Shown here: piece after piece, positions 56,158 through 64,000 of the stretch
How the letters are laid out: every line of letters starts with the position of its first letter
Numbering within the stretch: position 1 is the first letter of the stretch
Assembly: GCA_902786595.1 (NCBI GenBank)
Contig: CADADB010000001.1
Span: 3,172 to 67,171, forward strand
Length of the DNA stretch: 64,000 nt
Reading direction: 5' to 3'
Source of the DNA: an uncultured Bacteroidota bacterium
Lineage (GTDB): Bacteria > Bacteroidota > Bacteroidia > Bacteroidales > WCHB1-69
The notes under the pieces: model-generated
Databases searched by the model: none
The model's input: only the letters and a program-made list of their open reading frames with translations
What the model was told of the DNA's origin: nothing
Translations under genes and position numbers: made by a program

Positions 56158-56889
56158 TTACAATTTTGGGGTATCCCGATGTCGAATTTCCGGCTTGATC
56201 GCGTCCTCCACGCACAAGCTGCCGATGCGGGTTCTCCGCAGTGCGGAGAGGTGTGCGCCGCTGTTAAGCGCGACCCCGAAATCGCGGGCTATGGCGCGGA
56301 TGTAGGTGCCTTTGGAACAACGGATTCGGAAATCGATTTCCGGCAGTTCAAAGCGGGTGATCTCAAATTCGTAGATGGTGATGTTTTTGGCGGTTAACGG
56401 AGCATCTTCGCCGCGACGGGCAATCTCGTATGAACGCTCACCTTGGTGCTTCACGGCGGAGAACATTGGCGGAACTTGTTGGATTTCGCCAGTGAAGGAA
56501 CGCACTACATCCTCAACCATCTCCCGGGTGATGTGTTCGTAAGGAAATGTGGCGTCAATGGGTTTCTCCAAGTCAAAACTTGGGGTGGTAGCCCCCATCA
56601 TGAACGTGCCCGTGTAAGTCTTCTCCTGCGCCTGCAGCGTATCGACCTGCTTGGTCATCTTGCCCACGCATATCAGCAGCAAACCCGTGGCCAAAGGATC
56701 CAATGTGCCCGCATGGCCGACTTTAACACGATGACCAACAGCGCGTTGCACTTGCTTGCGCACTTTGCCCACCACATCAAATGAAGTGCATTTGTAAGGT
56801 TTGTCGAAAAGCAACAAGTCGCCTTCGGCGTTGATGTCCAAATCGGGCGGAAGCTCGAAAGTGACATCATGGATCATCTTCTTTAGCAT
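56158..56889 (-). CDS. truB: tRNA pseudouridine(55) synthase
   Basis: I trimmed track ORF 56158..57264, whose N-terminal extension overlaps uppP out of frame. The start is ATG 56889 (MLKKMIHD), or alternatively 56877. The catalytic motif is [14 protein letters not shown]. Confidence 0.85.
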   Translation of the reverse strand: MLKKMIHDVTFELPPDLDINAEGDLLLFDKPYKCTSFDVVGKVRKQVQRAVGHRVKVGHAGTLDPLATGLLLICVGKMTKQVDTLQAQEKTYTGTFMMGATTPSFDLEKPIDATFPYEHITREMVEDVVRSFTGEIQQVPPMFSAVKHQGERSYEIARRGEDAPLTAKNITIYEFEITRFELPEIDFRIRCSKGTYIRAIARDFGVALNSGAHLSALRRTRIGSLCVEDAIKPEIRHRDTPKL

Positions 56890-57710
56890 AATTGGCTGTA
56901 AATGATAGCGAAGATACCGACAATCAAGCAGTAAACAGCGAACCAAATCAGTTTGCCCTTCTTCACCACATTGATCATCCATTTGCATGCAAGACAACCG
57001 GTGATGAAGGCGGCGATGAAGCCCACGATAAGCGCTACGGGGGAAATGCCGCTCATGGCACTGCCGAAACCATTTTGGATGATATCCATGACGTCCAGCA
57101 GGGCTTCGCCTAACACAGGTGGGATAACCATCAAGAATGAGAATTGTGCGATTTTTTCCTTCTTGTTGCCCAACAAAAGTCCTGTCGCTATGGTTGTTCC
57201 CGAGCGGGACAAACCAGGCATTACCGCCAAGGCCTGCCCGATACCGATGATAAACGCATGCCAACCTGAGATATTTTCACGCTGACGGGGTTTTGCAAAA
57301 TAGGAAAAAGCTAACAATGAAGCTGTGACAAGCAACATGATGCCCACAATCAGCAAGCCGGAACCAAAAATCTCCTCTACCGCGTCTTTGAAGAAGAAAC
57401 CCACAATCCCCACCGGAATCATGGAAATGAGGATGTTGATGGCGTATTTGGTGCCGTCATTCAGTCCGGAATAGCTTTTCCACGACTGTCTCGAGAACAG
57501 ATCTTTGAAAATCCAGACAACCTCTTTCCACAAGATGAAAAGCGTGCTCAGGACCGTGGCCACGTGCAGGACAACGATCATCGTCAGATTAGACTCGCCT
57601 TCGAGACCGAAAAGGTTGGACAAAATGGTCAGATGTCCGCTGCTGCTTACAGGCAGAAATTCGGTCAATCCTTGTATGACACCCAGTATTAATGCTTCTA
57701 ACCAGCTCAT
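56883..57710 (-). CDS. uppP: Undecaprenyl-diphosphate phosphatase (BacA/UppP)
   Basis: [20 protein letters not shown] and [10 protein letters not shown] motifs. Confidence 0.9.
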   Translation of the reverse strand: MSWLEALILGVIQGLTEFLPVSSSGHLTILSNLFGLEGESNLTMIVVLHVATVLSTLFILWKEVVWIFKDLFSRQSWKSYSGLNDGTKYAINILISMIPVGIVGFFFKDAVEEIFGSGLLIVGIMLLVTASLLAFSYFAKPRQRENISGWHAFIIGIGQALAVMPGLSRSGTTIATGLLLGNKKEKIAQFSFLMVIPPVLGEALLDVMDIIQNGFGSAMSGISPVALIVGFIAAFITGCLACKWMINVVKKGKLIWFAVYCLIVGIFAIIYSQLC

Positions 57711-57719
57711 GTCGAGAGA

Positions 57720-58001
57720 CTATTGGTTGTTGTTTTCGGAAGCTTTCGGATGCCACATGATGGCCACGATTTCAACCACTAATCCCAAGAAGATCAGGAT
57801 TGGTGCCACCACAATCCGGCGAGTGTTGAAAATTTCACCGTCGAAAACATCATCAGGGACGTCGCCGCCACCCAGGCAGATGTAGCCGATGAGCAGGAGC
57901 AGTGCGCCGACACCCATCAGAATGTAGTTCATTTTGCGGAATAATGGCGGGCGGTTGCCTTTCACATTACTGATGTTCTCATTATTCGTATTAGTACTCA
58001 T
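57720..58001 (-). CDS. DUF3098-like small membrane protein
   Basis: I trimmed the ORF to the ATG at 58001. It has two TM segments and the conserved ftsX-uppP neighbourhood seen in Bacteroidota (family name from memory). Confidence 0.6.
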   Translation of the reverse strand: MSTNTNNENISNVKGNRPPLFRKMNYILMGVGALLLLIGYICLGGGDVPDDVFDGEIFNTRRIVVAPILIFLGLVVEIVAIMWHPKASENNNQ

Positions 58002-58020
58002 AATATTGGTTATTAATAAT

Positions 58021-58905
58021 TTACATGTATAATCTTTCGTCATTTATGCGGATGTATTTGTTGACCGAGAAGGCCGAAATCAACATGGTGAACAACATGC
58101 TGAAAACAAATACGGCAGACAGAATGATGACGATGTAGAGCATGGCCGAAAAGTCCACAAAGTCGGGTGCCATGCGGTTTCCATAAAACAGAGTCAATGC
58201 CAACAAAGCTATTGCGATAAGCCCACCCCAGATGCCTTGGAGCATTCCCTTGGTGACAAAGGGCCTGCGGACAAATTTGGGTGTGGCACCGACCAGCAAC
58301 ATGCTCTTGATATTGAATCGTTTGGCGAAGATGTTTAGGCGGATGCTGTTGGCCACCAATAACATGGAAATGAACATGAAAACAGCGCAAATGGCCAGAA
58401 TCACCCATTGGATCTTTTGGAAATTGTTGCTGATGGATTTAACTATAAAATCGGGATAGTCAACATCTTGCACGATGGGATTGCGTTTCAGCTCTTTGGA
58501 GATTTTGTTTAGGGAATCGGAGTTGGCATACTGTGGCTTTACGTTGATGAGAATAGAAGCATTGATGGGGTTGGAAATCACTTCGGTAAAGTTGCTGCCG
58601 ATGATTTGCTGCGCGGTGCGAGTGTTTTCCTCCCGCGACGACACCCGTGATGACTCGATGTAGGGTTTCAGCTTGATCTGCTTTTCAAGTGCGTCAATGT
58701 CCGCTTCCTTGATGTCGGAATAAAAAAGCACCTCCATTTCGATTTTCTGGGAGAGATTTTGAAGGTATCTCATGGAAAAGAAGGCGAAAAACGCCAATGC
58801 CCCGATGAAGAACATGGTGAGTGCAATGCTGAAAATAGAACCGAAAGCGGAAAGTCTGAGTCGCGCTTTCGTTATTCTGTCAATCGAATCCGGATAATTT
58901 GCCAT
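58021..58905 (-). CDS. ftsX: FtsX-like cell-division permease
   Basis: 294 aa with 4 TM segments and a large periplasmic loop. A TACTTTTG box lies upstream on the minus strand. Confidence 0.75.
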   Translation of the reverse strand: MANYPDSIDRITKARLRLSAFGSIFSIALTMFFIGALAFFAFFSMRYLQNLSQKIEMEVLFYSDIKEADIDALEKQIKLKPYIESSRVSSREENTRTAQQIIGSNFTEVISNPINASILINVKPQYANSDSLNKISKELKRNPIVQDVDYPDFIVKSISNNFQKIQWVILAICAVFMFISMLLVANSIRLNIFAKRFNIKSMLLVGATPKFVRRPFVTKGMLQGIWGGLIAIALLALTLFYGNRMAPDFVDFSAMLYIVIILSAVFVFSMLFTMLISAFSVNKYIRINDERLYM

Positions 58906-58956
58906 AGTATATTTTTGCGCTGCAAAAGTACAAAAAATTGGGAAACAAAAATATCG

Positions 58957-58964
58957 TACCTTTG
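58957..58964 (+). promoter_or_regulatory. -7 promoter box TACCTTTG(CCGCC)
   Basis: It lies 19 nt upstream of the ATG at 58983. Confidence 0.55.
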
Positions 58965-58982
58965 CCGCCGATTTGGAAAGGT

Positions 58983-60824
58983 ATGGAATATCTTGGCAGA
59001 ATCTTTAAGTATCTGAAAAACTATAAGTTGCAAATTGCACTTATCTTGATTGTGCAGTTGCTCTATGCGTTTTTTTCCATCTTCACCCTCACTCTCCTGG
59101 TACCGTTCCTCCAGGTGTTGTTCCATCAGGTGGATGCCGTGACGGCACGCCCCGAATTCTCCTTTTCCCCGCAATATCTCATCGACACGTTCTACTACTT
59201 GATGAACACGGTGATTGAACGTCACGGGCAGGCCTCTGCACTGTTGTTCATCGCCGGCACCATGATTCTGCTTTCGTTTCTGTCAAATCTGTGCCGCTAT
59301 GTGGGCATGTTCTGGCTTTCGCACATCCGTTCCGGCATCCTTTCCAACATCCGCGATGAATTCTACCGCAAGTTGATCCGGCTTCCATTGTCTTTCTACG
59401 CGAAGCGGCGTTCCGGAGACATTGTCAGCCGCATGGGCGCTGATGTCCTGGAAGTGGAATGGACGGTTATCTCATCCCTCCTGACCCTTTGCCGCGACCC
59501 TTTCCTGATGATTGCCTATCTGATTACCTTGTTTGTTATCAGTGTGAAACTCAGCATAGTAACCCTTATCATCATGCCGCTGATAGCGGTCATTCTGTCG
59601 ATCATAGGCAAAAATATCCGCAATTATTCGCTGCGGTCGCAGGAGCTGATTGGGCGCATGACATCCTATTTCGAGGAGGCCGTGGATGGCCTGCGTATCA
59701 TCAAGGGCTACAATGCCCAGGAATATGTGTCAGAACAGTTTCGTAGGGAGAATTTCAGGTTTTATCGTCTTAACAAGAAAATATTCAGAATCAAAGAGTT
59801 AGGATCTCCTTTGATAGAGTTTCTCTGTATTTTTGCGGTATTGGCCATCTCCATGATAGGGTTGGTGGTGTTTCCGGATAGTTTCGCTTCGCGTGGTTCC
59901 GCTTTTATGCTCTATTTTGTGGTCTTCGCCCGCATGATTCCTCCTGCTAAATCATTGGCTACCACCTATTACCAGATGCGCAAAGGGATGGGTGCCGCTG
60001 CCCGAATCTATGAGATCATTGATGCCGAAGAAGAGATCAAGGATCTTCCCAATGCAAAGCATATCACTGATTTTCAGGATACTATTGAGTTCAAAAATGT
60101 CAGTTTCTCCTATAATCCAGAACTCGAGAAAGAAGAAGAATGTGAGGTGTTGCGGAATGTCAGCTTTACGTTGAAGAAAGGGGAGACAATGGCTATCGTG
60201 GGACCGTCTGGCAGTGGGAAATCAACATTAGTGGATTTGCTGTCAAGGTTTTATGACATCCGCTTTGGTGAGATTCTGATCGATGGGGTGCCTATTAACC
60301 AGTATGCACTGGCCGATTTGAGGGGACTTTTCGGTATTGTCAACCAAGACGTGTTCCTTTTCGATGACACGGTATATAACAACCTGACTTTCGGAGTGGA
60401 GAATGCCACGGAAGAGGAGGTGGTAGCCGCTGCGAAAATCGCCCAAGCCCACGACTTCATCATGGAGTTGGAAGAGGGTTATCAGACAGCGATTGGCAAC
60501 CGCGGGACGCGATTGTCCGGCGGACAGCGACAACGGCTCAGCATTGCTCGCGCCATCCTGAAAAAACCGCAGATTTTCATCCTTGATGAGGCCACTTCCG
60601 CCCTCGACAACGAATCCGAACTGCTTTTCCAAGAAGCTCTTCTTCCTTATATTGAGCAATATACGGGCATCATAATCGCTCACCGACTCAGCACGATACG
60701 CTTTGTTGACCATATCCTGTTCCTGAAAGATGGGTGTGTGGAAGAGTTCGGCACCCACGATGAATTGATGGCTAATAGAGCGGAATACTATCGATTTTAC
60801 ACTGCCCAACAGGTAGGCGAATAA
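58983..60824 (+). CDS. ABC exporter, fused permease/ATPase (MsbA-like lipid/LPS flippase family)
   Basis: I trimmed the ORF to MEYLGRIFKYLK. Motifs are GPSGSGKST, LSGGQRQR and IFILDEATS. Confidence 0.8.
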   Translation: MEYLGRIFKYLKNYKLQIALILIVQLLYAFFSIFTLTLLVPFLQVLFHQVDAVTARPEFSFSPQYLIDTFYYLMNTVIERHGQASALLFIAGTMILLSFLSNLCRYVGMFWLSHIRSGILSNIRDEFYRKLIRLPLSFYAKRRSGDIVSRMGADVLEVEWTVISSLLTLCRDPFLMIAYLITLFVISVKLSIVTLIIMPLIAVILSIIGKNIRNYSLRSQELIGRMTSYFEEAVDGLRIIKGYNAQEYVSEQFRRENFRFYRLNKKIFRIKELGSPLIEFLCIFAVLAISMIGLVVFPDSFASRGSAFMLYFVVFARMIPPAKSLATTYYQMRKGMGAAARIYEIIDAEEEIKDLPNAKHITDFQDTIEFKNVSFSYNPELEKEEECEVLRNVSFTLKKGETMAIVGPSGSGKSTLVDLLSRFYDIRFGEILIDGVPINQYALADLRGLFGIVNQDVFLFDDTVYNNLTFGVENATEEEVVAAAKIAQAHDFIMELEEGYQTAIGNRGTRLSGGQRQRLSIARAILKKPQIFILDEATSALDNESELLFQEALLPYIEQYTGIIIAHRLSTIRFVDHILFLKDGCVEEFGTHDELMANRAEYYRFYTAQQVGE

Positions 60825-60916
60825 TACACATTTCACTGTTAAAAAACAATTTTCTTTCAGACGGAATCCGTTAAAAATAACCATATATTTGCGATTTGTA
60901 TATAATATGGTTAATT

Positions 60917-61897
60917 ATGTATAAAATTGCAGTAGTAGCAGGCGGAGATTCCGGTGAATATGAAGTCTCCTTGAAAACAGCGGACAATGTCTTCAACCAG
61001 CTGGATAAGACGTTGTTTGAACCGTATCTGATTCTCTTCAAAGGTACCGATTGGCATTATGAAACCCCTGAGGGCCAAAGAGTTCAGATTGACAAAAATG
61101 ATTTTTCGTTGACCATTGGCGGTCGCAAAATCAAGTTCGATGCCGTGTTCATTGCCATCCACGGCACCCCAGGAGAAAATGGCAAATTGCAGAGCTATTT
61201 TGAAATGATCAAGATGCCATACGTGGGCTGCAGAAGCTTCCCGTCAGCGTTGACATTCAACAAGTTCTACTGCAATTTGGCGGTTAAGCAGTTGGGGGTT
61301 CCTATCGCACCGTCCCTGCACTTCTACGCGGGTGATCCCATGGATGTCGAGCGTATCGAGGAGGTTTGCGGATACCCCTGCTTCGTGAAATCCTGCAATT
61401 CCGGCTCCAGCGTGGGTGTGACGAAGGTGCACGGGCGCGAGGAACTGAAAACCGCTTTTGAAGAAGCTTTGAAATACGATAACCAGCTGCTAGTGGAGAA
61501 AATGATTCACGGTCGCGAGCTGGCATGTGGTGTCACAGCGGTCTATGGCGATGTCAAGATGTTGGCTATCACGGAGATTGTGGCCCATAACGAATTTTAT
61601 GACTACGATGCCAAATATACGGATGTGGGTCACAGTCTCATCACTCCCGCTGATATCGCTCCGGATATGCAAGCACTTGTCAAACAATATGCCGAATTGG
61701 TTTTCCGCCAGCTTGACTGCAAGGGCATTGTGCGCGTGGATTTCATCCTTGACGAAGAGGCAAAAACGCCTTACTTCTTGGAAGTCAACACGATTCCAGG
61801 GCAAACGGCCTTGAGTATTATCCCAGCGCAGGTGAAAAGCCAAGGGTTGGATGTGCGGGATTTCTACACGAAGTTGGTGATGGAGGCGTTGGCTTAA
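60917..61897 (+). CDS. ddl: D-alanine--D-alanine ligase
   Basis: I trimmed the TTG start to the ATG at 60917 (MYKIAVVAGGDSGEYEVS). It contains HGTPGENGKLQ and an ATP-grasp C-terminus, LEVNTIPG. Confidence 0.9.
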   Translation: MYKIAVVAGGDSGEYEVSLKTADNVFNQLDKTLFEPYLILFKGTDWHYETPEGQRVQIDKNDFSLTIGGRKIKFDAVFIAIHGTPGENGKLQSYFEMIKMPYVGCRSFPSALTFNKFYCNLAVKQLGVPIAPSLHFYAGDPMDVERIEEVCGYPCFVKSCNSGSSVGVTKVHGREELKTAFEEALKYDNQLLVEKMIHGRELACGVTAVYGDVKMLAITEIVAHNEFYDYDAKYTDVGHSLITPADIAPDMQALVKQYAELVFRQLDCKGIVRVDFILDEEAKTPYFLEVNTIPGQTALSIIPAQVKSQGLDVRDFYTKLVMEALA

Positions 61898-61943
61898 TGG
61901 ATAATGGATAATGGATAATTGATAATGGATAATTTTGGAAAAA
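61894..61943. repeat. C-free heptamer STR TAATGGA x5 spanning the ddl stop and the next start codon
   Basis: cttAATGGATAATGGATAATGGATAATTGATAATGGATAATTTTGG. The ATG at 61925 lies inside the last full unit. Confidence 0.9.
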
Positions 61944-62941
61944 CGATAGCGTGTGTAATCATTGGGCTGATGTCCGGATTTGCGGCATTTGCCCAGTACA
62001 ATGAGCAGGATATCCGCGACTACATCGAGCAGTATTCGGAAGTGGCTATCCAGAAGATGAACGAGTACAAGATTCCGGCGAGTATCACGGTGGCGCAGGG
62101 CATCTTTGAGAGCGCCTGCGGCAAAAGTCGTCTCGCTGTGGAAGGCAACAATCATTTTGGCATCAAATGCCACGAATGGACCGGCGACACCATCCTGGTG
62201 GATGACGATGAGTTGCAAGAGTGCTTCCGAAAATACCCTACCGTGGCAGAATCTTATACCGACCATTCGTTGTTCCTGACCAACCGGAAGCGCTATGCCA
62301 ACTTGTTTCAACTGGATATTATGGACTATAAGTCCTGGGCCAAAACGCTCAAACAGGATGGTTACGCCACCAACCCGCAATACGCCGACCGGCTTATCAG
62401 TCTGATTGAGCGTTTCAACATCGCACGACTGGATACGATTTACTACCAGCGCAAATATGGCGAACTACCAGTTGAGGTTGTGGAAACCAAGCCGGTGGTG
62501 CAAGATACCAGACCTGTTGAGAAACCGGCTGAACCGAAAAAGCAAGGTAAGAAAGTGTTCACGGCCATCGGGAGCGAGTATCCTTCGGATGAAAGCCCGT
62601 TTACCTATCGGAAGGTGTTCAAAAACAACAACACCTATTTCGTTATTGCCGAAAAGGGTGACACTTACGAGAAAATCGCCCAAGATATTCTGGTGATGTC
62701 GGAAAATTTGCGGAAATTTAACGATGTCGGTCCGAATGAAGAGCCGGTGGAGAATGAAATCGTGTATGTGGAGGCCAAGGCGCATGGGAATCCAACACGT
62801 ATCCACACGGTCCAGGCCGGCGAAACCTTGCGTTATATCTCGCAACGCTATGGCGTCCAGCTTCGATACATTTTCAAATACAATATGTTGGATGAAAATT
62901 CAGTTATTCATCCTGGAGATCAGATTTTATTAAGACGATAA
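61925..62941 (+). CDS. Secreted glucosaminidase-domain (GH73/FlgJ-like) peptidoglycan hydrolase with a C-terminal LysM
   Basis: PASITVAQGIFESACGKSRLAVEGNNHFGIKC is the catalytic region. The LysM is HTVQAGETLRYISQRYG. The start could instead be the TTG at 61919. Confidence 0.75.
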   Translation: MDNFGKTIACVIIGLMSGFAAFAQYNEQDIRDYIEQYSEVAIQKMNEYKIPASITVAQGIFESACGKSRLAVEGNNHFGIKCHEWTGDTILVDDDELQECFRKYPTVAESYTDHSLFLTNRKRYANLFQLDIMDYKSWAKTLKQDGYATNPQYADRLISLIERFNIARLDTIYYQRKYGELPVEVVETKPVVQDTRPVEKPAEPKKQGKKVFTAIGSEYPSDESPFTYRKVFKNNNTYFVIAEKGDTYEKIAQDILVMSENLRKFNDVGPNEEPVENEIVYVEAKAHGNPTRIHTVQAGETLRYISQRYGVQLRYIFKYNMLDENSVIHPGDQILLRR

Positions 62942-62951
62942 TTTCAGAACG

Positions 62952-64000
62952 ATGAAAAAAATATTATGCTTATTGGCTGGCTTATGCCTGACCTTCATCA
63001 GTTTCGCACAATACACGATGGAGGATCACATTTATGATTACATTGACGAATATAAAGACCTTGCGATGCAAGAGATGGAACTGTATGGCGTCCCGGCGAG
63101 TATCACCTTGGCGCAGGCCATCTACGCTTCGCAGGCAGGCACTAACGATCTGGTGCGCGAATGCCACAACCATTTTGCCATCATGTGCCACACGCAGGAA
63201 TGGAAAGGGGAGACCTATTATCGTCCGTCCGACAAGAAACAGGAGAATTGTTATCGGAAATATGCCTCGGATGCGGAATCCTATCGCGATCATTCACTTT
63301 TCCTCTCAACGCGTAGCCGATATGTAAAACTTTTCTACTATCCCATAACAGACTATAAATCATGGGCTAACGGTCTTCTGGAAGCGGGCTTCTCCGGTAA
63401 TCCAAAGTATGCTGACACATTGGTGTCCATCATCGAGAAATACTTCCTGATGCACTATGACCGTAAAGTGGCACAAAAAATGGGAGATACGGAGGCGTTG
63501 AAAGCCATGGATAAACCCCAGCCGGAGCGTACGGGCGTGGTGGCGCAGACAGAATCCCCAACGCCGGCATCTCAGCCCGTTACACCAACAACCAAACCTG
63601 CCGAAAAGCCAGTGGAGGTGGCCCCGCAGCCCGCTGCTCCCAAAGCTGAACCCACCCCTCAAAAACCCGTTGAAACGCCCAAAGCGGAACCTCAAACTGC
63701 TGCTGTGAAAACGGATACCATGGAGGTGAACGGAATTCAGGTTCTCGTGGAAAGAAAGGAAAAACCCAAGCAACCCAAGGAGTCACAGGTGGCCCAAGCC
63801 CAAGAACAACCCGTCACTTCAACGCAAGTGACAAAACCGGAAAAGGTGGACGGGTTGAATGTCTTTGTGTTAGATCCCTATGCAATACCTTATAAATCTG
63901 CGTATTATCCCTATACCAGCCGTCCTGTTTATGAGAATAACAAGACGAAATTCATCTTGGCCCGTCCTGGTGACACGTACCAAAAGCTGGCTACTTCATT
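62952..64000 (+). CDS. Second glucosaminidase-domain peptidoglycan hydrolase (paralog) with a Pro-rich linker; partial, runs off the right edge
   Basis: Absent from the ORF track because no stop falls in the window. My translation reads MKKILCLLAGLCLTFISFAQ...PASITLAQAIYASQAGTNDLVRECHNHFAIMC... It continues through a PQP/PKA-rich linker, and a LysM-like start (ILARPGDTYQKLA) sits at the edge. Confidence 0.7.
   Translation, partial: MKKILCLLAGLCLTFISFAQYTMEDHIYDYIDEYKDLAMQEMELYGVPASITLAQAIYASQAGTNDLVRECHNHFAIMCHTQEWKGETYYRPSDKKQENCYRKYASDAESYRDHSLFLSTRSRYVKLFYYPITDYKSWANGLLEAGFSGNPKYADTLVSIIEKYFLMHYDRKVAQKMGDTEALKAMDKPQPERTGVVAQTESPTPASQPVTPTTKPAEKPVEVAPQPAAPKAEPTPQKPVETPKAEPQTAAVKTDTMEVNGIQVLVERKEKPKQPKESQVAQAQEQPVTSTQVTKPEKVDGLNVFVLDPYAIPYKSAYYPYTSRPVYENNKTKFILARPGDTYQKLATS

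Noticed and set aside
56890-57264. N-terminal 125 aa of track ORF 56158..57264
   Set aside because: It overlaps uppP out of frame, is Arg/Cys/His-rich and resembles no TruB sequence. TruB homology starts at MLKKMIHDV (56889).

Overview
This 64-kb window looks like a Bacteroidales (phylum Bacteroidota) chromosome segment. That placement is inferred from recurrent TAnnTTTG -7 promoter boxes, leaders without Shine-Dalgarno sequences, a T9SS PorP/SprF gene, uppS-bamA-ompH, ftsX-DUF3098-uppP-truB, and a TPP-riboswitch-controlled TonB receptor. I support about 60 protein genes, mostly housekeeping. They include rarA, rsmA, waaA, pyrC, rimO, recG, infC-rpmI-rplT, uppS, bamA, three ompH/skp paralogs, dcp, azlCD, a chrA pair, a DPP-IV-like S9 peptidase, thpR, atpDC, truB, uppP, ftsX, ddl and two MsbA-like ABC exporters. 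There are two tRNAs (Cys-GCA, Gly-GCC), one TPP riboswitch and several intrinsic terminators. I saw no rRNA, CRISPR array, transposase or integrase. Six things deserve a second look. (1) An AT-rich four-gene islet (HTH / secreted protein / HNH fusion / small basic protein) sits between rarA and rsmA. (2) A lipoprotein is translationally coupled to a radical-SAM/SPASM enzyme of unknown function. (3) rarA reads without a stop codon into a PorP/SprF gene across a T10 tract. (4) A 1076-aa single-chain fusion combines five redox modules. (5) Two dispersed hairpin repeat families occur, one of them a 28-nt perfect palindrome. (6) Many gene junctions are filled with heptamer-dominated short tandem repeats that exclude G or C on one strand and often supply the downstream start codon. 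All family assignments come from motif recognition and memory, with no searches run. Hand-derived coordinates of small features may be off by 1-2 nt.
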